DNA of 64,000 nt from Adineta vaga (Eukaryota > Animalia > Rotifera). Location: the NCBI GenBank assembly GCA_021613535.1, contig CP075492.1:7192001-7256000 (forward strand), in the 5' to 3' direction. The notes under the pieces were generated by a model. The model had not been told where the DNA came from. It worked only from the letters and a program-made list of their open reading frames with translations, and did not search any database. Shown here piece after piece: positions 13,319-23,078 of the stretch (position 1 is its first letter; each line of letters starts with the position of its first letter). Position numbers and translations under genes: made by a program.

Positions 13319-14708
13319 ATGGATGAATGGCAAATTCCATCTCAACCACCACTACTATCACCGCATCCGCCTCCATCATCGCAACAACAACAACAAGAAA
13401 GAATGTCGATGAATAGTATCGGTCCGATACATAGTTATCATTCGATACGTACAAGACCTTCACCCTATCCAATGAATGAAGTTAAACAAACTTATTCATA
13501 TCAACAAACATCGATGTCTTTAAAAACGAATTCAAATTCCGTAAGTGAACATATTCTTTTATTTTAATTCAAAGGAAAATAAAACCGAATAAATTCTTTT
13601 CTATTCCAGAATGTCTATACTCCTCTTCCTTATCCACCTAATCATATGGAACAAATTCCACATCAACAACGGTTGATCACTGCTAAATCTACATCCGGCC
13701 CTATACCAACATACAATGCTGGCCAACAACAAATTCACTCAGCTCGAACACGTTCAATGCCATATCCTTCACCTACAATGTATACTCCTTCTCCTTCTAC
13801 TGTCTGCCAATGTAATAATTCATCACATATGCATTATCCAAATCAACAGCCAATGTATTATCAAAATTATTATCCACAATCTCAACCAACATCTTATCAA
13901 CCGAATTTTAATCCAAATAAATATGAACTCATGAAAAATAAGATGAAATCCAATTCAGACGAACCATTTTCTTCACCATCAACATCTTATCATCCATCGA
14001 TTTGTTCCAATTCTTATATCCCAGCTCAACAGTTACCACCACAATCGTTATCTTTATCATCAACATCTATGTCACAAGATTATCAAACATTTTCAAATCA
14101 ATCACAAATCTTTCCTAGTCCACCAAGTAATCCAAGTACACCTTATCAAGGTGAATTCAATGGCAATACAGACTTTGGCGTTCCATATCATCAAGGACAA
14201 CCAAGTTCAGTTAATTCATTAACAGATGCACTTTGCCCAAGTGGCGATACAACTGATCGACAGTTGACACCTGGGCCACCAGTAATATGGAAATTTTTAT
14301 TCACTAAACGTATTTTATTGATTTATTATTTAGAGTGTTGGTACGCCACGTGTTGCCCAACATCAATATTCATTTCCACAAACACCTTCAACACCAACAA
14401 CATCGAGACTATCTAGTGAACCAAACATCGATGAACTCACTGCATTTCTACAAGATCCAGTAAATATTTATCTAACCGATGATATTACATCTGTAAGTTT
14501 CAACTAATCTTTCATGTTTTACAGAAATAAATTTTTTTCTTTTTCTCTTTAGACACTCTTTGATGATATTGAAGTATTGGCTGATACTTATCTAGGTGGA
14601 AGAAGTAATAATGATCATCAAACTAATAGTGACAGTAGTTTAGATTATGATATTATTTTAAATTATCTCTGTTCGGATGATCTGATCAGTACGGTGTGTC
14701 GAAAATAA
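13319..14708 (+). CDS. Low-complexity P/Q/S/Y-rich protein with acidic C-terminus (4 exons); possible transcriptional co-activator
   Basis: ORFs 13319-13567 and 13646-14416 joined by GT-AG introns (~13541-13609, ~14282-14333, ~14493-14552); ends ...DDLISTVCRK* at 14706-14708. No globular domain recognised. Confidence 0.7.
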
Positions 14709-15074
14709 GACAAAAACCCAATCATTCTCTATTTTAATGTGCGATCGTTTTATTTGCTTTTTCTGTTTAATTGTATATAATTACTGAAAAGAAAAAAGAA
14801 ACTTCTTATTTATTGTATATGTGCTAGAGTTTGTCTTTTTTTCTCTTTCTCTCTCTCTATCTCTTCATCATTATTATTATTACTATCAATGTTTTTTTCT
14901 CTTGTTCAAGAAAAAAGTATTTTCGTATTTAATAAAAAATAATTCATGAAGATATACGATTTGTCATTTTCTTTACGAGATTCTCATTAAAAAAATCAAT
15001 TGTACCGTTTGTCGTACTTAAATAACATCCATAGTTGAACAAATGTAAGAGTAGATAACTGCAACGAAATTAAG

Positions 15075-16139
15075 TTAAAGCTGAAAAAGATGCTGTTGAT
15101 AAATTTCGAGCAAGTTTATCAAAACTTGGTGATGTTTGTAAGTCGATTCTTCTTTTTCTTCTTCAAAGAAATGTGATCATCATTACGTTGTTTTTCTAGA
15201 TATCAACGATGCATTTGGTGCAGCACATCGCGCTCATAGTTCAATTGTTGGTGTTAAATTAGAACAACGTGCTGCAGGATACTTAATGAAGAAAGAATTA
15301 GATTATTTTGGAAAAGTTTTAGAAAATCCCGAACGACCTTTTCTCGCTATTCTCGGTTTGTTTTTCATCATACATAAAACTTGTATATTTACGTTTTTCT
15401 TTCAGGTGGAGCTAAAGTTTCAGACAAAATTCAATTGATTGAAAATCTTTTGGATAAAGTCAACGCTTTAATTATTGGTGGAGGTAAATTTGATATATTT
15501 GAAGAGAAGAATAGATTAATATTCTATTGCTTTCTCTTAGGTATGGCATTCACTTTTCTTAAAGAAAAGGATAACATGAAAATTGGTAAATCATTATTTG
15601 ATGCTGAAGGCTCAAAATCAATTCAAAAAATTCTTGAGAAAGCTAAATCAAAAAATGTTGAAATTCATCTTCCTGTTGACTTCATCGTTGCTAAAGACCC
15701 TAAATCAACAGATACTAAAGAATCGACGAAAGAAAATGGTATCGAAGATGACTACATGGGTCTCGATATTGGTAAAGAATCCATTAAACAATTTAGTGAA
15801 GTTGTTAAAAAATCAAAAACTATTGTTTGGAATGGACCCATGGGTGTTTTTGAACAAGATCCATTTGCTAATGGCACAAAAGAATTACTTAAAGTTGTTG
15901 CTGAACAAACAAAGAATAAGGGTACAACAATCATTGGTGGAGGTGACACAGCTACTGCTTGTGCTAAATTTGGTTTCAATGATCAAATGAGCCATGTTTC
16001 AACTGGAGGTAAATTCAATTGATTGTTTGTTTTTCAAAATAATGCAATTGAATTGATTTTAGGCGGTGCAAGTCTTGAACTTTTGGAAGGAAAAGATCTT
16101 CCCGGTGTTACTGGTCTTAGTGACAAATCGGCTAAATAA
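15075..16139 (+). pseudogene. PGK: 5'-truncated copy of phosphoglycerate kinase; introns retained, no start codon
   Basis: Begins abruptly at [14 protein letters not shown], then [58 protein letters not shown]. Near-identical to the reverse complement of 21075-22139. Confidence 0.93.
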
Positions 16140-16722
16140 ATTCAATCTTTCAACCCTACACATTCTTATTTTATTGTCTAGTCTAGCCATGTAAAATCCT
16201 ATCTATTTTAGTTCTTTTTTCTAGTTACCCATTTCGAATAAAGACTAATCTATTTTTACTTAGATCAACAAACTAATTTCATTCTTTTATTATTATTATT
16301 CGAGGCATTTCTCTACATATATAAATGATGTTCGTATAGAGGAAGTGTACAGAGTCGAACCTATTTTGAAGTTTCATTCAAAATCAATAACGGCCAATTG
16401 ACTATTCAGCAATTATCATAATCGTTTCATCGAGGCATACTTTCGTCGCCCAGTCACTGAAAGGATTAACTTCGCAGTTAAACGACATTAAAATAAAGCA
16501 AAATAACAGCTTCAAATTGTTTTGTTTGTTGACGTCATGATGATTATTGTAAAATTATTCAGAGACACCGAATAATTGTATCTATATCATTTGCGTTCAG
16601 TTTTATTTCATATTAATGGTAGAAAAAAAGAATCTTCTTCGATGATTTACCAAAAATAATATCTCGTAATGAATATTCTTCTTCGGTTAGACATTCTTTT
16701 CGAGGTACAAATACGTTTGAAT
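15075..16722 (+). repeat. Left arm of ~1.65 kb inverted repeat (partner 20495-22139)
   Basis: TTAAAGCTGAAAAAG (15075) matches the reverse complement ending at 22139; homology ends at ...TTTGAAT (16722 / 20495). Scattered SNPs and small indels. Confidence 0.95.
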
Positions 16723-17150
16723 TACTGATATTTGATGTAATATCTAGAAATGTTAATTGTGCTCTTCCTTATGTATTACTATATCGTCCAAGATTCAGTG
16801 GAAAACAATAAAGATAAGTCCAAGAACCAAAATCTCGACCCATACTATTCGATGGTGAAGAATAATTTCCACCCCTATTGAAGTGAGATAAACTACACAC
16901 CATAAAGTAACAAGAACACCTAAATCAGCTATAATTCCAGTACCGATATAAGCTTGACCATAAGATTGAGCATCTGGTTGAATACTGAAATAACGCCATG
17001 TTCGAGTTAAAGCTCGACGTGTACAATTTTGAGCATTTAAATCGTAGATATATATTGCATTTTCATATCATACAGTGCAATTCGATCGTAGGAAGCATTT
17101 TGATGTCCAATAATAACTTCTTCGAGAATTCGTTCACGATGATTTGTTGC
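16723..17150 (-). pseudogene. Ependymin-related protein (EPDR) fragment
   Basis: HRERILEEVIIGHQNASYDRIALYDMKMQY / IYDLNAQNCTRRALTRTWRYFSIQPDAQSYGQAYIG ... WTYLYCFP ... T*GRAQLTFLDITSNIS. Has a +2 frameshift in an AT run near 17050 and an in-frame TAA, and is cut at the repeat junction before the usual DPxxFxPPxxC end. Confidence 0.75.
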
Positions 17151-17243
17151 TTTCTGTTTCTATAGTTGAATAGATATCGTATTCTTTTAATAGATAGATG
17201 GTTAGTTATCAACATTACACAAAAGAAGTACATAGATGAGAAT

Positions 17244-18080
17244 CTATTGTTTTTCAAGAGGTGGAGCAGATGGATAAAGATTATTACTATCCATTACATC
17301 TTGATATGCTGGTGGTAATGCTGATGCTGTTCCCATTGGATATGGTTCTTTTTCATTTTTAATTGAACCATAATCAGTTGCTTGTCCTTGTTCAACGATT
17401 TCTGGTGTTGGTGCTAATAAAGAACTTCGTGGATGTTGTGTTGGTTCTTTATATCTTTCGATATCACAAGCCCAAAGTGCACTACCAATAACATTTGTTA
17501 CTGGTGTGACTACTTTAAGAAATGGAATCATTTCTAATAAAACTCCAATAATACCAAATTGTGTATGATCATCTCGATTTTCTTCAACAAAATGTCGTCC
17601 TTGTAAAAATGATAAACCGAGTAAATAATTGGAATTAAATTTAATGGTGATGTTATAACAAGAAGTACTACACGAAAGAAAATCAATATTAAAAATGATT
17701 TAATACATGTATATGTTATTGCTGAACTTCGGTGTGTTTCACCTCCATGTAATCCCATTGTTTCTTGTCTCCAGACTGAATCGAATATAACATCCATATA
17801 ACATGCAATAAAATAATGAAGAGATAACAAGAATTGATACACCTATTTCAAATAATGTGACAAAAAAAACTTATTAACCATGATAATTAATCAGGCATAT
17901 AGTTTTCAAATGCATAAGCTTGTAATGGAAATATAAATACGAATAATAAGACTGATGTAACTATTGTTGATAATAGCATTATTATTGAACCACAAAATAT
18001 ATGTCGCCATAAAGTTGGACGTGACTAATTAAATATAATATTCCACGAAACGGATAACTATATGCTGAATGAAGGACCAT
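17244..18080 (-). pseudogene. Intronless EI24-domain (fungal RRT8/Lds-like) multi-TM gene, disrupted
   Basis: MVLHSAYSYPFRGILYLIS / RPTLWRHIF ... MPD*LSW ... DVIFDSVW ... PLNLIPII / LGLSFLQGRHFVEENRDDHTQFGIIGVLLEMIPFLKVVTPVTNVIGSALWACDIE. Frameshifts, one stop and an apparent internal deletion. Confidence 0.7.
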
Positions 18081-18094
18081 TTCTTTCAAAGAAA

Positions 18095-18540
18095 TTCTTT
18101 GAATGAATAACAAATATTACAAAAATTTTCTATTTGAATTCAATTTATACAAATTATTATCCAACAATATGGTTAAAAATTCCAATATTACATCCAGAAA
18201 ATTAGAATGATTTATAAATTATTTGTAATGGTTTTAATAAAGGACATATTATATCAACAGGTGTTGGTACTCAGTTATTTTCCTATTAAAAAAATTTTTT
18301 TCCTAAATAAAGTAGTTTATAGAATATGAAGTTAATAATGATCAACAATTTCTCAATGTATTAACATATGTACAAGAAAATAGTCAACAATTACGGGAAC
18401 TTTCTCGATCATACGCTTCGAAATATTCATGGGAAAGATCATCAAGAGAGAATCTTCTAGATATTTATAAAAAAAAGATTCCCTCTATCATTAATTACAT
18501 ATTAAGATTATACGTAGCTATGATTTTATCAAAGTTTTGA
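18095..18540 (+). pseudogene. Decayed GT4 (GT-B fold) glycosyltransferase fragment with a large internal deletion
   Basis: GHIISTGVGTQLFS resembles the GVDxxxFxP linker, and YEVNNDQQFLNVLTYVQENSQQLRELSRSYASKYSWERSSRENLLDIYKK resembles the GT4 C-terminal helices. Several in-frame stops; the nucleotide-sugar-binding segment is missing. Confidence 0.55.
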
Positions 18541-19277
18541 GAAATTAAACTTTTATACTCAATGTAGAAAGCTATAATTTCTAATAAATTATTAACTCAT
18601 TTTTCTATTGACAGAATCTTCTTTGATCACATAGTTGTTGTTTAATAAAACAAAATATATGTCTACATGACCAAGGATATATATACGCTTTGCTTTTGCT
18701 TTCATGTTGTGTGTGTTCATCTACAATAAAGTCGTACATCACAGATAACTTTTATTTTATATTATAAATGATCATTGATCTCATAGTCAATTAAAAATTC
18801 CATTAGGAAAGACAACAACGAGAGAAAGATTCATCATAAATAATTACAGATATATTGTATTTGTTTTATGTCAGGTAAAAATTTTAATATTACATCTACA
18901 ATTAATATAAAGAATTTAATATCAAAGATGTACAATATAATTTTACATTGGATTGATTACTTTAGATGAATCTCAATATTTTATATATGATATAGAATAA
19001 CTGTTAAAATTTATTCAACTCGATGGATTTTTGCTAAACTATTTGTATTTGACAGTAGTTTAATTAATGTTCATCTTTATGTTTTATTAAAAAAGATCGA
19101 AATCATTAAACATAGAATGATTCTGAGGGTATCAGTTGTATAGCTGTTTCAATTGATTTTTTCTCATCATCATTTTAGTTTTTCTTCTTTTCTTTAATGT
19201 TTTCATGAAGTATGATCCATCGAAAAAATCTTCCTTCCATGAATGAAATTTGAAATTTCATATGTGAGAGGGAGTAG

Positions 19278-19638
19278 TGTAGAAATCGTTAATTCGATTC
19301 GAGTATTAAACTTCTTCTTCAACTTCTAAAGTTTCAGTTTAGAAATCGAGTACTCGAGTTTTAAACTATGGTATTTTATAAATATCCTAACATATGGTAT
19401 CGTCGACTATTAAAAATGTGCATTTAACTGATATAGTGTAAATGCTTTCAAAACCGTTATCAATCGGTGTCTTTCCCGCTGAGTCCGCTTTTTGTGTGTT
19501 CAGTGTGGCAGAGAGGTCCAAAGCAATCTCCCTTTGTTCTTTGAGTTCCAACACCCACACCCTTAAAATTCGAGTACTCGAATTCTAACTTTATAAATTT
19601 AGAAGTTTAATAGTTGAAACGTCTTTTCGATTTCTACA
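19278..19638. mobile_element. Degenerate MITE-like non-autonomous DNA element (~360 bp)
   Basis: Termini TGTAGAAATCG / CGATTTCTACA; imperfect ~80 bp inverted ends, each carrying the palindrome TCGAGTACTCGA (19346-19357 and 19570-19581); GC-richer non-coding core. No clear target-site duplication. Confidence 0.65.
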
Positions 19639-20420
19639 TGTATGCATGTTTTTGCATCGCACATGTTGTTTTCTTTTTTGGTGGTTCTTCAACTTCATAT
19701 GCATTCTTATCTGATGGAATTAATGCTCGTTCTGAAACATATTCACCTTAAATAAATAATTTTGATGAATAGAAATAAAAAAGAAATATATATGAACATT
19801 TACAGCCATTGTTACACATGTAAATCTATTTGATTCAATTGGATTCCAAACCAATGAACAAACAGCACATTTTGATGAATAACTTTCAAAAAAGAAAATA
19901 ACAAAATGAATTTCTTTACCTCATGTAAATATCGAAAGTTGAACGATTAACGACTAATAGTCGTCCATTAACATAAACAACAATAGATAAAGTTTCACAT
20001 GGTGAATATCGAATAAGATTAACAATCTAAAAGAACAAAAAAAGAGAATAATTTTTTTTAAGAAAAATAAAAAACAAACATCTTCAATCGAATCATTTCC
20101 ATACGTTTTTTTTCTTGTCCATTTATCTGATTCAAAGAATTGAACAGTATTCTTGACTGGAATTGCTAACATCTAAAGAAAATATTATTATTCCAAATAA
20201 ATGTTTTGTCTTATATGATCTTTTTTTTTATCCCAATCGAGTTTTACTAATGAAATAGCCGTTCCAAATTGAAAAACAAATTCGAATATATATATTTTGA
20301 AAATTTTCTAAGAAAATCTCACTCAATATGATCAGATTTTTCAATAAGATTTAATTCTATAATTACTGATTGATTATCAATATTAAATATTCGAATGAAA
20401 CCATCACAACATGATGTTGC
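19639..20420 (-). pseudogene. WDHD1: Internal fragment of WDHD1 (AND-1/CTF4) WD40 region, introns retained
   Basis: Exons ATSCCDGFIRIFNIDNQSV; FGTAISLVKLDWD; MLAIPVKNTVQFFESDKW; IVNLIRYSPCE; CAVCSLVWNP, collinear with remembered AND-1 motifs (ASASCDGSVRVW; LLAIPVEKSVKLY; LNIVTWSPCG; AICGLAWHP). No N-terminal repeats, SepB or HMG domain. Confidence 0.75.
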
Positions 20421-20494
20421 CTTTGAAAAAGAAAAAAGAGATGTTTATTTGTTTGTTTGATTTTTAATTTCAATGAAAAGTTGATTCTCTTACG

Positions 20495-22139
20495 ATTCAA
20501 ATGTATTTGTACCTCGAAAAGAATGTCTAGCCGAAGAAGAATATTCATTACGAGATATTATTTTTGGTAAATCATCGAAGAGAATTCTTTTTTTCTATCC
20601 TTAATATGAATAAAACTGAACACAAATGATATAGATACCATTATTCGGTGTCTCTGAATAATTTTACAATAATCATCATGACGTCAACAAACAAAACAAT
20701 TTGAAGCTGTTATTTTGCTTTATTGTAATGTCTTTTAACTGCGGAGTTAATCCTTTCAGTGACTGGGCGACGAAAGTATGCCTCAATGAAACGATTATGA
20801 TAATTGCTGAATAGTCAATTGGCCGTTATTGATTTTGAATGAAACTTCAAAATAGGTCTCGAGTCTGTACACTTCCTCTACGAACATCATTTATTATGTA
20901 GAGAAATAGCTCGAATAAAAATAATAAAAGAATGAAATTAGTTTGTTGATCTAAGTAAAAATAGATTAGTCTTTATTCGAAATGGGTAACTAGAAAAAAG
21001 AACTAAAATAGATAGGATTTTACATGGCTAGACTAGACAATAAAATAAGAATGTGTAGGGTTGAAAGATTGAATTTATTTAGCCGATTTGTCACTAAGAC
21101 CAGTAACACCGGGAAGATCTTTTCCTTCCAAAAGTTCAAGACTTGCACCGCCTAAAATCAATTCAATTGCATTATTTTGAAAAACAAACAATCAATTGAA
21201 TTTACCTCCAGTTGAAACATGGCTCATTTGATCATTGAAACCAAATTTAGCACAAGCAGTAGCTGTGTCACCTCCACCAATGATTGTTGTACCCTTATTT
21301 TTGGTTTGTTCAGCAACAACTTTAAGTAATTCTTTTGTGCCATTAGCAAATGGATCTTGTTCAAAAACACCCATGGGTCCATTCCAAACAATAGTTTTTG
21401 ATTTTTTAACAACTTCACTAAATTGTTTAATGGATTCTTTACCAATATCGAGACCCATGTAATCATCTTCGATACCATTTTCTTTCGTCGATTCTTTAGT
21501 ATCTGTTGATTTAGGGTCTTTAGCAACGATGAAGTCAACAGGAAGATGAATTTCAACATTTTTTGATTTAGCTTTCTCAAGAATTTTTTGAATTGATTTT
21601 GAGCCTTCAGCATCAAATAATGATTTACCAATTTTCATGTTATCCTTTTCTTTAAGAAAAGTGAATGCCATACCTAAGAGAAAACGATAGAATATTAATC
21701 TATTCTTCTCTTCAAATATATAAAATTTACCTCCACCAATAATTAAAGCGTTAACTTTATCTAAAAGATTTTCAATCAATTGAATTTTGTCTGAAACTTT
21801 AGCTCCACCTGAAAGAAAAACGTGAATGTACAAGTTCTACATATGATGAAAAACAAACCGAGAATAGCGAGAAAAGGTCGTTCGGGATTTTCTAAAACTT
21901 TTCCAAAATAATCTAATTCTTTCTTCATTAAGTATCCTGCAGCACGTTGTTCTAATTTAACACCAACAATTGAACTATGAGCGCGATGTGCTGCACCAAA
22001 TGCATCGTTGATATCTAGAAAAACAACGTAATGATGATCACATTTCTTTGAAGAAGAAAAAGAAGAATCGACTTACAAACATCACCAAGTTTTGATAAAC
22101 TTGCTCGAAATTTATCAACAGCATCTTTTTCAGCTTTAA
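20495..22139 (-). repeat. Right arm of ~1.65 kb inverted repeat (overlaps the intact PGK)
   Basis: Reverse complement of 15075-16722. Confidence 0.95.
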
Positions 22140-22581
22140 TTTTATTTCCTTGTTTATCTTTAACTGAACCTTCTTCTTCCAAATGAAAACGAAGATTTTC
22201 TAGTAAAAGAACTTGACCATTGTCGGCTTCACTGACTGCTTTTTCGACTTCATCACCAACACAATCATTGAGAAACTTAACATCTTTACCAAGTAATTTT
22301 TTTAATTCTTCAGCAACAGGTTTTAAACTTTCTTTCTCGACACGTTTACCATCGGGACGACCCAAATGAGACATAAGAACAACACATTTTGCTCCTTTAT
22401 CAAGAGCATATTTGATTGTTGGTAAGGCGCCTTCAATACGTTGTTTATCTTTTACTTGACCAGTTTCTTTATCCAATGGAACATTGAAATCCACACGAAT
22501 TAAAACACGTTTTCCTTTGAGATCAAGATCTTCGATACTTAATTTATTACTAATACTAGCTTTAGCATTGGATTCAGCCAT
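21075..22581 (-). CDS. PGK: Phosphoglycerate kinase, intact, 5 exons
   Basis: [85 protein letters not shown]; stop TAA at 21075-21077. Confidence 0.98.
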
Positions 22582-23078
22582 TGTTAAGATTTATGTTTTC
22601 TAGTAAGAACTTTCGAGAAAGATTCAAAAAATGAATAATTATAGGCGCAAAATAATAAGTTTCTATTTTCTTCTTCTTCTTCTTTTCTCTCGGTACAAAG
22701 TATAGACACAAGCGGGGTCAGAACTAGAAAATATGGACTTGTAGAACAGTAATGCAGACAGAACGAACAAAATAAAAAAATGTCGGAGGCTAACGTCAAT
22801 GTTACTGACTTTGTAATGGTGAAGTTAATTGTATGTTTCGACATGTTTAAGTAAAAGTTAAAAAAATAATTTTTTTTCGTTTTAGAACAAATAATACAGG
22901 ATCGCTTAGAAGTGCGTCGACAAAGTAAACGTGAATATCGCTTCAATAACATAAAGAATTCGATTGTTTTCTTTGTAATAGAATAGTATTTGCTAATATT
23001 TTCGATTTTCTAGTATAATCTTAACGTATAAATCTTCGCATAAGTAATATTTGTTTTAGTAATTTATTAAAAATAATC

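Noticed and set aside
16330-16490. RNase P/MRP, snRNA or hammerhead ribozyme call for the hairpin-rich arm segment
   Set aside because: Diagnostic conserved cores were not found; kept only as an unexplained segment.
18620-19270. Further possible coding relics in the spacer (e.g. SHSQLKIPLGKTTT on +; DDEKKSIETAIQLIPSE on -)
   Set aside because: Too degraded to assign to any family by eye.
15583-21631. Alternative-frame and antisense ORFs over the PGK copies (15583-15990, 15752-15979, 21224-21631, 21235-21462)
   Set aside because: Shadows of the PGK codon pattern; no independent features.
15075-22139. Reading the inverted arms as transposon TIRs (foldback or composite element)
   Set aside because: The arms are host PGK sequence, one arm is continuous with the intact gene, and there is no TSD or transposase.
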